This document shows, in pieces, positions 44,370 through 55,100 of a stretch of 64,000 nt of DNA. Both the position numbers and the translations under genes were made by a program. Source of the stretch: Pseudomonadota bacterium (GTDB taxonomy: Bacteria > Pseudomonadota > Gammaproteobacteria > Arenicellales > Poriferihabitantaceae); NCBI GenBank assembly GCA_039029455.1, contig JBCCGE010000001.1, positions 2,151 to 66,150 of the forward strand. The letters are read 5' to 3'. Positions within the stretch are counted from its first letter, which is position 1. Every line of letters starts with the position of its first letter. Below the pieces are notes generated by a model. That model made no database searches. It was not told the DNA's origin and saw only the letters and a program-made list of their open reading frames with translations.

Positions 44370-45245
44370 TTAACTTTTGCTTCCGGTCGCGAATTGTCGG
44401 GGGGTTAACCCTGTGTGCTTTTTGAAGTACTTTACAAAATTGCTGGCGTCGTCGAAGCCCATAGAAAATGCGATTTCCTGAGTAGATTGCTCGCCGGTTA
44501 CCGATCGTCTCTTGATTTCAAGGATGACGTAGTCATCAATGAGTTGTTTCACGGTTCGCCCTACAAATCGCTTGCACAGCTGATTGAGTGTTTTATAGGT
44601 GGTGCCGATTTTTTCTGCATACTCGTGTGCATCCCGGTTCGTGGCATAGTCATTGCGAAGCAACAGCATGAAGCGATCGAACGCGCCTCTGCCTTTTGAT
44701 GTGGTCGGTGGGTTTTCTATCGTGTACGAGCGCTCAAGTATCAGGATCAACGCTGACAACAAAGACGACATCACGCCAATCCGCATATCATTGCGGCCGA
44801 ATTCTCTAACCAGTTCAGAGATCAATGCCTGACCGCTGGAAGCTGAGGATTGATCCAGTCGGAACACAGGTGATGAGGCCATTACCGCCGAAAACGGCGA
44901 AAAAAGCGCGTTGCGAGATTCATTGCTGAGATGGTCCAAGAATATATCAACGAACAAAATACATTTGCCCAGTGGGTTCCGGGAGAAGTCGAAAGCATGA
45001 ACCTGGTTCTGATTTATGAGCAGAAAATCTCCCGGCTTGTAGGTGTAACGCGCAAAATCAACGAAGTGCTCGCCGTGCCCGGATTCAATGAAACAAAGCA
45101 AATTGAATCCAACCCGGTGCGGCTGCTCCGGGTCGTGTGACAACAGAGGTTTACGATTATTAATGGCGGAGAGCTCGATAATATCGATCTGTTGGCCTGT
45201 GTTCGCTCCAGGCGAAAAACTGATGTCCGGAATACGAGTGTTCAT
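44370..45245 (-). CDS. AraC family transcriptional regulator
   Basis: N-terminal cupin-like sensing domain and a C-terminal double HTH (ANRDAHEYAEKIGTTYKTLNQLCKRFVG...EIAFSMGFDDASNFVKYFKKHTGLTPRQF). Confidence 0.85.
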   Translation of the reverse strand: MNTRIPDISFSPGANTGQQIDIIELSAINNRKPLLSHDPEQPHRVGFNLLCFIESGHGEHFVDFARYTYKPGDFLLINQNQVHAFDFSRNPLGKCILFVDIFLDHLSNESRNALFSPFSAVMASSPVFRLDQSSASSGQALISELVREFGRNDMRIGVMSSLLSALILILERSYTIENPPTTSKGRGAFDRFMLLLRNDYATNRDAHEYAEKIGTTYKTLNQLCKRFVGRTVKQLIDDYVILEIKRRSVTGEQSTQEIAFSMGFDDASNFVKYFKKHTGLTPRQFATGSKS

Positions 45246-45405
45246 TAAACGCCTTCAATCGGCAGGATCGACAGGGGCAAGTATCCAGATATTGGTGTGA
45301 ATGGCAACCGGGCTGCCGATTTTGTGAGTTCTGGTTCGCGGTTGTATGTGCCAGAGCCGACGTCGGTTAGTATCGCAGTTGGTTCATTGGTGTCCTTCAT
45401 TAGAG

Positions 45406-46041
45406 ATGACTTTCGAAGAATTCCTGATCTATGCAACTGTATTTGCAACAGCAACATTGGCTGTTTCCGGGATCATTCAGGCGGCACGCTGCGATATGGA
45501 CATTTTCGGCGGAGGTGTGCTGGCGCTGGTTTGTGCGCTGGGTGGAGGAACGCTTAGAGACCTGCTCATTGGTGCATCACCTGTTTTCTGGATCACCGAT
45601 CTGCTCTACCTGTCCGTGATTCTGGTAACCACTGTGCTGACGGCCTGGTTATTGCGCTTTGTTCCTGTGGGCAGGGGACTGCGATTTGCAATGCTGGACG
45701 TAGCAGATGCCTTTGGTCTGGCGCTGTTTGCAATTCTTGGGGCACAGAAGGCTCTGTCATTCGGACTGTCTGAACCCATCGCGGTAGTAATGGGCGTGAT
45801 GACCGGCGTTGCAGGCGGCATCATCCGCGATGTGATTACCCAACAACAGCCCGCCGTTATGCGAGGGGACAGCTTTTATGCCACCGCGGGCATTATTGGG
45901 TGCGTGGTCTACTGCGCACTGGAAGGTGTTCTTACGGAGACCGTCTCAATGCTTGTTGGTATGACGGTTATTCTGGTTTTACGATTGGCTGCAATTCGCT
46001 GGAAGTTCAAGATTCCGTCTCTCATTAAACCGGGCAGCTAG
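45406..46041 (+). CDS. trimeric intracellular cation channel (TRIC / UPF0126, YadS-like) membrane protein
   Basis: Two UPF0126 repeats, each with the glycine motif (LGGGTLRDLLIG and VAGGIIRDVI). ATG 45406 is preferred over the upstream ATG 45346. Confidence 0.8.
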   Translation: MTFEEFLIYATVFATATLAVSGIIQAARCDMDIFGGGVLALVCALGGGTLRDLLIGASPVFWITDLLYLSVILVTTVLTAWLLRFVPVGRGLRFAMLDVADAFGLALFAILGAQKALSFGLSEPIAVVMGVMTGVAGGIIRDVITQQQPAVMRGDSFYATAGIIGCVVYCALEGVLTETVSMLVGMTVILVLRLAAIRWKFKIPSLIKPGS

Positions 46042-46177
46042 TTCAGTTCCGGAAAAAATCACAGTGGGTTGTTGGTACGATGTCAACATCAAGGACTCAG
46101 ATCGATACCGTGAAGTCTTTCACTGAAGTTGTGACTCACCAGACGCTCCGTGCATCTTAGTCACCTCGCTCCTGTCG

Positions 46178-46525
46178 TTAGAAACGGTTTACACCGCCGC
46201 CGGGTTGGTTCAGAAGCTCCATGACATTAATGTTCCCACTCAGGTAGAGAAAGAAGACATAACCAAAAATAATCAGTGACCAGCCCAACAGCCGAAGCGA
46301 AATCGTGACCGTTGGGGATGGGTTGTTGAAAATGAGATTGCCGAAAGCAAACAGCTGGGTCAGAAAAACGAAAATGGTGTAAACCGCGACTGAATTGACG
46401 GATATACCTTGATTTAAAAACCCACTCCCCAGCGTGTGGACTTGTCCTTCCGGAAATGAGTGCCAATAAAGAATAGCAACTACAAAGCTGAGTCCAAGCC
46501 CGAAGTGATCCAGAGTTTTACCCAT
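46178..46525 (-). CDS. hypothetical membrane protein
   Basis: 115 aa with 3-4 hydrophobic helices. No family recognised. Confidence 0.4.
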   Translation of the reverse strand: MGKTLDHFGLGLSFVVAILYWHSFPEGQVHTLGSGFLNQGISVNSVAVYTIFVFLTQLFAFGNLIFNNPSPTVTISLRLLGWSLIIFGYVFFLYLSGNINVMELLNQPGGGVNRF

Positions 46526-46697
46526 TGGCTACACATGTAAACATACTGTCAGCCTTAATAGTACTCTCTGGTGGGATTGATATGAGCCACAATCATGGAT
46601 TCATTCTGGTTTTAGTCGAGTCCTGATATCCAAAATCCGTCGAAAACGCCCTGCGTTGTCTCATCGCTTACGTAACCAGCTCGAGAGCGAATCGCAT

Positions 46698-46900
46698 CTA
46701 TGGTCTCCCCTGCGTCAGTTGGAAAGTGGTAGTCCATCTATCTACGTTGGATTTGTCGATATGTTCGCGCTTTGCTGCAAATGCGGGTTCAGGGATATCC
46801 ATGCCGGGACGTTTCAGTTTTTCGATCGTGTTTGTCACCTCACGGCTCATCATGCCGGAAAATCCGACAACATCCGCTGAAAGCACAGCGAGCAGGGTCT
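46698..46900 (-). pseudogene. possible remnant of a class III adenylate/guanylate cyclase N-terminus
   Basis: TLLAVLSADVVGFSGMMSREVTNTIEKLKRPGMDIPEPAFAAKREHIDKSNVD parallels the start of cyclase catalytic domains (RLAAILAADVVGYSRLM....TL..L...R.LIDP.IA.H.GRIVKTTGD). It then hits a stop after about 66 codons, and the KTTGDG metal-site block is degraded. Confidence 0.3.
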
Positions 46901-47096
46901 GTGTCACGGGGGAGTGTTCACGATTTGCGAGGCACCATAGTCGTGCCGGATTGTTCTTACACGTTAAGGCACTGTAGCATATTCGGCTGATACAGATATC
47001 TGGGCTGTGAGGACTGTGACCGAACTCTGCACCTACGCAGCGCAAATATTATTACTGAATGAGCACCACAAATTGAGCAATAAGAAATCACCTAAA

Positions 47097-48029
47097 ATGG
47101 GCGGACTGTTTGGTGGGTCGCTGACCGGAAATTTTTTAGGTTTGCCCGCTGAGTTGAACGATGGATGTTTCGCCGATATCGTGCTGATGGGCGCCCCCGT
47201 CGCAACACCTTACCGTTCCGTTGGTCCCTACTGTGCCGATGCACCAGATGCAATCCGCTCGGCGTTTGGCTGGCCCGGTGTGCTCGATCATCACGACTTC
47301 GACCTTGATGGTACCGTGTTGCATAGCGGCACCACCGCAGTTGACATAGGAAACCTGTCGTTCAGCGAGACCGATTTCGCGGCAAATCGTGAGACGATTC
47401 GGGCAAGTGTTGCTGGAGCGCTTGATAACGGATCGGTTCCCTTAGTTCTCGGCGGCGACGACTCTACTCCGATACCTGTTTTGCAGGCCTACGAAAAGCA
47501 CGGACCGATCACTGTGCTCCAGTTTGATGCCCATATTGATTGGAGAGACGAAGTCTCGGGAGAACGAATGGGCCTGTCCAGTAACATGCGACGGGCGTCC
47601 GAGATGCCCTGGGTTGAGCGCATTGTGCAGGTCGGTGCTCGCGGTATCGGTAGCGCGCGACCTGCGGATGTACAGGATGCGCTTGATTGGGGGGTTCATT
47701 TCGTGTCGATGTCAACGTATGTCGCGCAGGGTCTCGCCTCCTTAATGGCTCATATCCCCGATGATTCGAAAGTGTTTGTGACCTTCGACATCGATTGTAT
47801 GGATCCATCGGTGGTACCCGCGGTCATTGGTCCGGCGCCGGGAGGTTTCCACTATTGGCAGGTGATAGAGATCCTGCGAAAGCTGGCAGATAAAGCGCGC
47901 ATTGCGGGATTTGATTTGGTTGAACTGATGCCCGCGAACGATATAGGTGGCCGTGGCGCTTTGGTCGCAGCCCGTCTTGTCGCGGTTATGATGGGCCTGA
48001 TCAGTCGACAAAAGCAGTCGCGCCTATGA
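47097..48029 (+). CDS. agmatinase/arginase (ureohydrolase) family protein, guanidino-acid hydrolase type
   Basis: Mn-site blocks are present: LVLGGDDSTPIP, QFDAHIDWRD, TFDIDCMDPSVVPAV and GFDLVELMP. ATG 47097 is preferred over GTG 47007. Confidence 0.85.
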   Translation: MGGLFGGSLTGNFLGLPAELNDGCFADIVLMGAPVATPYRSVGPYCADAPDAIRSAFGWPGVLDHHDFDLDGTVLHSGTTAVDIGNLSFSETDFAANRETIRASVAGALDNGSVPLVLGGDDSTPIPVLQAYEKHGPITVLQFDAHIDWRDEVSGERMGLSSNMRRASEMPWVERIVQVGARGIGSARPADVQDALDWGVHFVSMSTYVAQGLASLMAHIPDDSKVFVTFDIDCMDPSVVPAVIGPAPGGFHYWQVIEILRKLADKARIAGFDLVELMPANDIGGRGALVAARLVAVMMGLISRQKQSRL

Positions 48030-48165
48030 CATAAGTCAGCTTGAGTGCTCCATCTTCGGGCGTTTCAGGAGGAATGCCATTGGGTTCGCTTTGAGGGCGG
48101 GTTCCGGTCTTGTCACAGACACCATTATGTGTCCTTTGTTGCAAAATAGTGGTTGAACAAGCCGC

Positions 48166-49077
48166 CTAGTTCCGCAGCGCATGCAACAGATCCCAGTAGG
48201 GTTCGTCACCGAAATGCCGGGCGAAAAAATCAATAAACACTCGAACTTTCGGTGCCAGTATTCTCGAGCCGGGGTACACCGCCCAGATCGCTGACTCAGA
48301 TATCAAAGGAAAGCGATTTAACACCTCGACCAGATCACCCTGCTGCAGGTGAGCGTAAGCACTCCAGGTGGAATTGATCGTGATTCCCAGCCCACTGACA
48401 CAGGCTTCCCGAATGGCATCACCATTGTCCGTGCGAAAACGACCCTTCGCTTTCATGCGTTTTTCGCCGTCACCAACTTTGAACGTCCAGTAGTCAAGTC
48501 CCATCAGTGTGATGCACTGGTGTTGTTTCAGATCTTCCGGAGATTCCGGATGTCCGTGTTGTTGTAGATAGTCAGGTGATGCACACAGGATTCGTCGATC
48601 TGAAGCCAGCTTGCGGGCAATCAGCGATGAGTCCTTGAGACTCGAGTTGCGGATGGCTACATCAAAACCCCCTTCAACCAGATCGGTGATGGTGTCGGAC
48701 AGCCTTAGATCGACGTCAAGATTGGGATTTTGATCGAGAAATGTTTTTAACGCCGGCATCAGATGCATGCGACCGAAGGACGCGGGAGCGGTAACCCGCA
48801 GCAGTCCGGAGGGTGAGGTGCTGCCGGCACCGACAGAGGCCCGTGCAGCATCGACGCCGGCAAGCACTTCCTCAGCATAAGGCAGGAACACTCGACCTTC
48901 CTCCGTCAGCGAAACTTTGCGGGTGGTGCGGTGAATCAGCCGCACGCCAAGTTGCTTCTCAAGTTTGCTCACATACGAGCTTGCAACGGCGGGAGAGAGT
49001 CCCAAATCATTACCGGCACTACTGATGTTCTGGGTCGAGGCGACACGCACGAACAGTTTTAGATGCTCAAATTTCAC
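48166..49077 (-). CDS. LysR family transcriptional regulator
   Basis: MKFEHLKLFVRVASTQNISSAGNDLGLSPAVASSYVSKLE wHTH plus a LysR effector domain. Divergent from the oxidoreductase operon at 49174. Confidence 0.9.
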   Translation of the reverse strand: MKFEHLKLFVRVASTQNISSAGNDLGLSPAVASSYVSKLEKQLGVRLIHRTTRKVSLTEEGRVFLPYAEEVLAGVDAARASVGAGSTSPSGLLRVTAPASFGRMHLMPALKTFLDQNPNLDVDLRLSDTITDLVEGGFDVAIRNSSLKDSSLIARKLASDRRILCASPDYLQQHGHPESPEDLKQHQCITLMGLDYWTFKVGDGEKRMKAKGRFRTDNGDAIREACVSGLGITINSTWSAYAHLQQGDLVEVLNRFPLISESAIWAVYPGSRILAPKVRVFIDFFARHFGDEPYWDLLHALRN

Positions 49078-49173
49078 AAATAATTATCAACTAAAAGTAA
49101 AAACTAATTCTAATAATTTGCTAATTATCTTCTATTAATAAATAAATACAATACCGGTCCGAAAACCAACATT

Positions 49174-50169
49174 TTGACAATAATGAAAGCAATGATCGTG
49201 CGCCGTTTTGGCGATTCCGGGGTCTTTGAGACCGCTGATATTCCAAAACCGGAATTGAAGCCGGGTCACGTTATCGTTCGGATCGCCGCAACAAGTGTCA
49301 ATCCCGTCGACACCATGATCCGTGAAATGGGACCCGAACTTCCTATCTCGCCTCAACCACCCGCGGTTCTGGGAATGGATTTCTCCGGAACGGTCGAGTC
49401 AGTGGGTGATGGCGTCGAAAACTTTTCAGTAGGTGATGAGGTGTACGGCTGTGCCGGCGGATTGATGGCGCTGCCCGGTGCGCTGGCGGAGTACATGCTG
49501 GCTGACGCGCGACTGATCGCGCACAAACCGGCCAACCTGGGTATGCGAGATGCGGCTGCAATCCCCCTTGTAGGCATTACGGCCTGGGAAGGTCTAACCC
49601 GCGCTCAAGTCGGCAGTGGTCAGAACGTTCTGGTGCACGGAGGTTCAGGCGGAGTGGGTCATCTGGCGATTCAGTTGGCGCGACATTTTGGTGCCGATGT
49701 GTTTTCAACCGGCGGTGGCGAGTCCCAGCTATCCATGATTGAAAGTCTCGGTGCTACTGGTATTAACTACAAATCTGAATCGGTTGCTGACTATGCAGAT
49801 CGGTGCACATCCGGTGCCGGCTTTGATGCCGTGTTCGATACAATTGGTGGGGAAAATCTGCTGAATTCTTTTGAGGCGGCAAAGCTAAACGGTCAGATAT
49901 CGACAACGGTTTCCCTGGCCGCAATTGACCTGTCTGGTGCACACTTCAAAGGGTTGTCACTGCATGTTGTCTTTATGCTGATTCCGATGATCTACGATCT
50001 CGGCAGGGAGGATCACGGAAAGATTCTTCGCGAAATCGCTGCCGTGGCTGATGCCGGAGGGCTGAGACCGGTCGTGGACGATAAGAGGTTTTCCCTTGAT
50101 GAGATTGGTCATGCTCATGACCATCTGGCCAGTGGGAACGCGAGAGGAAAGATCGTCGTCGATCTGTAG
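49174..50169 (+). CDS. zinc-type alcohol dehydrogenase / quinone oxidoreductase (MDR superfamily)
   Basis: GVNPVDT, VLVHGGSGGVGHLAIQLA Rossmann motif and a C-terminal GKIVV. TTG 49174 or ATG 49183 start. Confidence 0.85.
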   Translation: MTIMKAMIVRRFGDSGVFETADIPKPELKPGHVIVRIAATSVNPVDTMIREMGPELPISPQPPAVLGMDFSGTVESVGDGVENFSVGDEVYGCAGGLMALPGALAEYMLADARLIAHKPANLGMRDAAAIPLVGITAWEGLTRAQVGSGQNVLVHGGSGGVGHLAIQLARHFGADVFSTGGGESQLSMIESLGATGINYKSESVADYADRCTSGAGFDAVFDTIGGENLLNSFEAAKLNGQISTTVSLAAIDLSGAHFKGLSLHVVFMLIPMIYDLGREDHGKILREIAAVADAGGLRPVVDDKRFSLDEIGHAHDHLASGNARGKIVVDL

Positions 50170-50174
50170 AAAAA

Positions 50175-51203
50175 ATGGGAAGAGACGCCGCAATACCGAT
50201 ACCCCGGATGGACCGCGAATTCGGTGAAAACGGTTTCGAATCGATAAACAGCGGCTACAACGCGGTTTTCAAACCCAATCGCATGACCGTCGGTCTGGTT
50301 GCGCCCTTGGCAGCCTATCACCATCATCCCGTGCCAAGCATGACGGATCATCTGCAGCGGACGGTAATGGCGGAAACTCTGGGATTTCCGGCAATCTGGT
50401 TGAGGGATGTGCCGTTCAACGTGCCGTCCTTTGGTGATGCCGGTCAGATATACGATCCATTCGTGTATCTCGGCGCACTGGCTGTGGCTACTGAACGGAT
50501 TGCTCTCGGCGTTGCCAGTATCATTCTGCCATTGCGGCACCCGGCACATGTTGCGAAAGCCGCCGCCAGCGCAGATGTTTTATCAAACGGGCGGTTGATA
50601 CTGGGCGTCGCCTCCGGGGACCGACCCGAGGAGTTTCCGGCGCTCAATATGCCTTTTGACAGTCGCGGTGAGCGCTTCCGTCAAAGTTATGAGTACATGC
50701 GTCACGCCCACAGCCCTGGCTCGTTTGAAGGCAATGATTTCGGCAGACCGGGACGCGGAATGGACCTTCTGCCGCAGCCGGCTGGAACGAAACTACCGCT
50801 ACTTATCACGGGAAGCAGTCAGCAGAGCGTCGAGTGGACCGCGCGGCACGGCGACGGCTGGATGATTTATCCGCGTAATCTGTCCTTGCAAAGGCAGGTC
50901 ATCTCAGAATACAGGGAGCGGGTTCAGCAAAACGAACGTGAATCAAAGCCCGTGATGCAGCCGCTCTATCTGGATCTGGCGAGCGACGATTCGTCGCCAC
51001 TGCAACCCATTCATCTCGGTTTTCGGTCTGGTGTGTCCCATCTGCTCGAGTATCTGCACGCCCTGCAAGGTATCGGGGTGAACCACGTGGCATTGAATCT
51101 GCGTTTTAACCGCGCTGATATCAATTCAACTCTGCATCGACTGGCGGAGGAAGTTCTGCCGCACTTTCAACATCAACACGATCACTCTGGAGAGACACCA
51201 TGA
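50175..51203 (+). CDS. luciferase-like (LLM class) flavin-dependent oxidoreductase
   Basis: GFPAIWLRDVPF, LGVASIILPLRHP, LSNGRLILGVASGDRPEEF are blocks of the luciferase-type oxidoreductase group (BA3436-like by recollection). Confidence 0.8.
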   Translation: MGRDAAIPIPRMDREFGENGFESINSGYNAVFKPNRMTVGLVAPLAAYHHHPVPSMTDHLQRTVMAETLGFPAIWLRDVPFNVPSFGDAGQIYDPFVYLGALAVATERIALGVASIILPLRHPAHVAKAAASADVLSNGRLILGVASGDRPEEFPALNMPFDSRGERFRQSYEYMRHAHSPGSFEGNDFGRPGRGMDLLPQPAGTKLPLLITGSSQQSVEWTARHGDGWMIYPRNLSLQRQVISEYRERVQQNERESKPVMQPLYLDLASDDSSPLQPIHLGFRSGVSHLLEYLHALQGIGVNHVALNLRFNRADINSTLHRLAEEVLPHFQHQHDHSGETP

Positions 51204-52009
51204 AAAGATCAATTCTGATCACAGGATCAACCGACGGTATTGGTTTTGCTACAGCAGAAATGTTTGTCACTCAGGGGCACGATGTACTGCTGCACGGCCG
51301 CAGTGCCGAAAAACTGGAGGCGGCGCAGAATATGCTGTCGGCTAAATTGTGCGGCGGTCAATTGGAGGTGTTTCAGGCTGACTTGTCCAATTTGGACAAT
51401 GTGGAACGCCTCGCGGATGAGGTCAGGAGTCGCCAAAGTACACTGGATGTGCTGGTCAACAATGCCGGTGTTTTTCACACTCCATCGACCTCGACGCCGG
51501 ACGGTTACGACATTCGATTTATGGTCAACACCTTTGCACCTTATCTACTGACCCAAAAACTATTGCAATCAATGAGTCCGGACGGGCGAGTGGTGAATCT
51601 GTCTTCGGCTGCACAGTCGCCGGTCAATATTCAGGCACTGTTGGGAAAGGAGTCAATTGCTGAAGATTTTACTGCTTACGCCCAGAGCAAACTGGCACTG
51701 ACAATGTGGTCGCGGCATCTGGCAAGCCGGCTCGATGCTAACAATCCGGCGGTGATTGCCGTCAATCCCGGATCAATGCTCGGCAGTAAAATGGTTAAAG
51801 ATGCGTTCGGCGTTGCAGGAGGCGATCTGGGCATCGGTGCCGATGTTCTTGTCAGAGCCAGTCTTTCTGAGGAGTTTGATGGCGCTAACGGACTGTACTT
51901 TGACAATGACTCGCGGCAGTTTGCATCTCCGCACCCTGATGCGCTCAATGAAGGAAAAACTCTTGAGGTCGTGCAGGCAATTAACTCGATCTTAACTGGT
52001 CGGATCTAG
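51200..52009 (+). CDS. short-chain dehydrogenase/reductase (SDR)
   Basis: ILITGSTDGIGFATA (TGxxxGxG), NNAG, and YAQSKLA (YxxxK). ATGA overlap with the upstream gene. Confidence 0.85.
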   Translation: MKRSILITGSTDGIGFATAEMFVTQGHDVLLHGRSAEKLEAAQNMLSAKLCGGQLEVFQADLSNLDNVERLADEVRSRQSTLDVLVNNAGVFHTPSTSTPDGYDIRFMVNTFAPYLLTQKLLQSMSPDGRVVNLSSAAQSPVNIQALLGKESIAEDFTAYAQSKLALTMWSRHLASRLDANNPAVIAVNPGSMLGSKMVKDAFGVAGGDLGIGADVLVRASLSEEFDGANGLYFDNDSRQFASPHPDALNEGKTLEVVQAINSILTGRI

Positions 52010-52010
52010 C

Positions 52011-52129
52011 AGGCTGTTGAAAAACTATCTGCATGGGTTCTGCGACATTAAAAATTGGCTCAAAATGCTCAGCCACGAAGTGCTTTTTCGCCTTGCATAA
52101 ACTGCCTCGATAACGTTTTTCAACAGCCT
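52011..52129. repeat. 119-bp element bounded by perfect 15-bp inverted repeats
   Basis: aggctgttgaaaaac (52011-52025) is the exact reverse complement of gtttttcaacagcct (52115-52129), with an 89-bp spacer. The element nearly fills the 129-bp gap between the convergent stops at 52009 and 52139. Confidence 0.6.
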
Positions 52130-52138
52130 TCTAAAACG

Positions 52139-55100
52139 CTACAGACAAATCAGTAAAACAGTGCGATTAGCGGCAATCAGCGGAAAGCAAAGCGAGGTTT
52201 CTTCGCAAATGTCGCCGATACCGTTTGCGTTCAGATCTGCCTGATCAGGATTGAAATCGCCGGGACAATTGTCCTGCGCATCGTCGATTCCGTCTCCATC
52301 TTCATCTTCAAGATTGCAGTTAGCGCAAATGTACTGAACCTGGTTGTCGATCGACGTGGAAGGGTCATTGCCGTTCCCCGCGAGATCAGTAACAGTACTT
52401 GCAGGTAGAGTGACCATGACAGTATCGTTTGATGCCATACCGGTGATTCCAATTACGAACTGAACTGCTGTTGGCGGGTCGAGGTCATTGGGCCCGACTG
52501 TGATTTGACCATCACTTCCATTGATCATAAAGTCATCGCTGCTAAGTGTTCCGATCTCCACAGACTCCGAGAAGCTCACCACAAAGCGGGCAATATTGCT
52601 GGTCGTCGGATCAACCTGGTCATCGGCTTGTTCGATCGTCACAGACGGTGGTGTGTTATCCGGGCTCTGAATTTCGAATGCGGTTAACGTCAGCAGATCG
52701 GATGCGTTTCCAGACGCGTCGGTAACGCGCATACCGCAATCGTTAATGAAACCAACCGGCAGTGGCGAAAGAGTAATGGTTGTATTTCCCGCGTCGACCG
52801 CACGATTCGTCGAATTTTCGCAACCGCCATAAAAGCTCGCGGTTCCGGCCTCGCTGCTGCCCAGTGTAAACGACGGCGTATTATCGGTGGTCGGCGTGCT
52901 AACGGCAGTAGCTTCCTCCAATTCAGGTGGCGTAGTGTCTGCTGGAGAACTGCCAAAGTTATCGCAGAGGGCAGCGCTACCGTTGTTGTAAATATTCTGA
53001 ATGTTTGTCGCTGAAAGGGCCTGATCGAAGATACATACGTCATCAATTCGGCCGCTGAAAGCGCGACCTGCAGTATCCCCCGACGGTGTATTTCCAATTG
53101 CGGCCAGGACGTTGGCATTTTGATCGACAGTACCGCTTTTCGACACCGTACCGACTTGTACACCGTTTAAAAACAGACGCAGTATGCTGCCGTCATAGGT
53201 TGCAGCGATATGTTGCCACTGGTTTTCCCTGACGTGCTGTTCGGAATTTCCAATAAGAGTAGTTACCGATCCGTTTGCTCTGAGTCGGACTCGGGGTACA
53301 AACACTGAACCGCTTTTGATTGTAGACAACATCCAGTAGTGATCCGACTCAGAGATTCCCGTGGATTTGGCAAGAATTCGACCTTCACCCGCCCCATCGA
53401 GATCGTCCGGATTGATCCATGCCGAAAATGTCACCGACGACACAGGCGCATCGAGCGAGCCAAGATCGATGTAATCATCGTCGTCATTGTTTCCATCGAA
53501 ATTCAAAGCGCCATTCAGTACTCCGGTAAGCCACTCATTTCCCGATATGTTCTCGAGCTGGTATGGCAGGCCGTTAATAGCTTCGTTGGTGCTGTTACCT
53601 GCGGTTTCGTCAAGTTTCCAGTAGTAAACAGGCTGTGGTGATGGCGGCGCCTGAGCTGTCGTCACGTTAATTGCGACAGATCTGCTGGATTCATTACCGG
53701 AAAAATCGATTGCTGCCACCTGAATGGAATAGTTTGTTACTGCGTTCAAACCTCCGACAGAGATCGTTGTGTTCGGTGTTCTCTGGTGTTCAACAGAATT
53801 TACATAGACGATGTATTCCTTTATAGCGCCACTGTTATCTGCCGAACCTGACCACGTCATTGAAAACGAGTTTGAAGTGACATTGGATACGCTCTGAATT
53901 ACAGGCGTGCTTGGAGGGGTGTTGTCGGGTAATCCCTGTTGGGCGATTGAGATAGTTTGGAGGCGTTCACTGTTGGCGAAGGTGACTGTGGCAAATCGAG
54001 GTCCAAAGCCACTGTGTGCCTGCGCGGTCACACTTACATTTGCGTTACCGAATCCCATCGCGGGGTTTACTGATATCCAGTTTTGGTCGGGGATGCCGTT
54101 CCAGTTGTCATTTGTAGAAACAGCAACTGTCTGAGAACCGCCCACAGCGGAAAAATCCAGACTGTCCGGGGTGACGACAAGTGGTTCTCCGGGGCTTTCG
54201 TTTTTATAAATGCGGACGTTGCCACCATAGAACTTTGATGGCCCCACCACATCCAGGTCGGAGTCTCCATCAAGGTCTGCCACGACTCCGGTATAGATTT
54301 CACCGTTTGTGTCAAAATTTTGTTCAGTCCACGTAACTCCGTCTGGCGTTGTTGTGTTGTAAAAAATATAGACACCTTTGGAACCAAAGCTGCGACCTGT
54401 GGCGACGTCAAGATCACCATCGCGGTCGACATCAACCAGCTGCACCATGTGGAATTTGCCGGTATTGTTTTTAATGATGTGGCGCTGCAGCTGGACCCCA
54501 CCAGAAGTGTTGGGTCCGTTGTTTTCGTACCATGCGAGATATCGATCTGCGCCCTCCGCACTCGCCATGTAAATATCGTTGTCGCCATCACCATCGATAT
54601 CACCTACGGCTGATTTGACTTTGCCGTAGGTTGAGCCCTGAAACTGAGAATCTATAAGATGCTCAATCGGGTCACCGCTGCGCCATCCGCCGGGATTGTC
54701 CCAATAGACGCCTGACAATACGATTTCGTTTTCGTCGTCGCCGTCAATGTCCCCAGCGGATATCCCCTCTGGTTTACCTGTTTCTTCCGTATCAAAAACC
54801 CGCACCGTCCAGTTGTTAATATTCGCATTCTGTAGCGCTACCACAACCCGTTCGGATGACCAGGTGCGCTCGATGATGTCGAGACGTCCATCGCCGTCCA
54901 TATCGGCAACTCTAAGATCGTTTTGGTGATACACGTTCCCGGAGTACACGGTAACACGTTGCCACAGTTGCTTCGGGTCTCCTGTGGCCCCTGGATTAAG
55001 GTAAACGTAAAGTTCGCCGGCTTCACCGTTGGCAGAGTCTGGCGCATTTCGCTGACCGTCGGATGTAACAAAGTCAGGCCACCCATCGCCGTTGATATCG

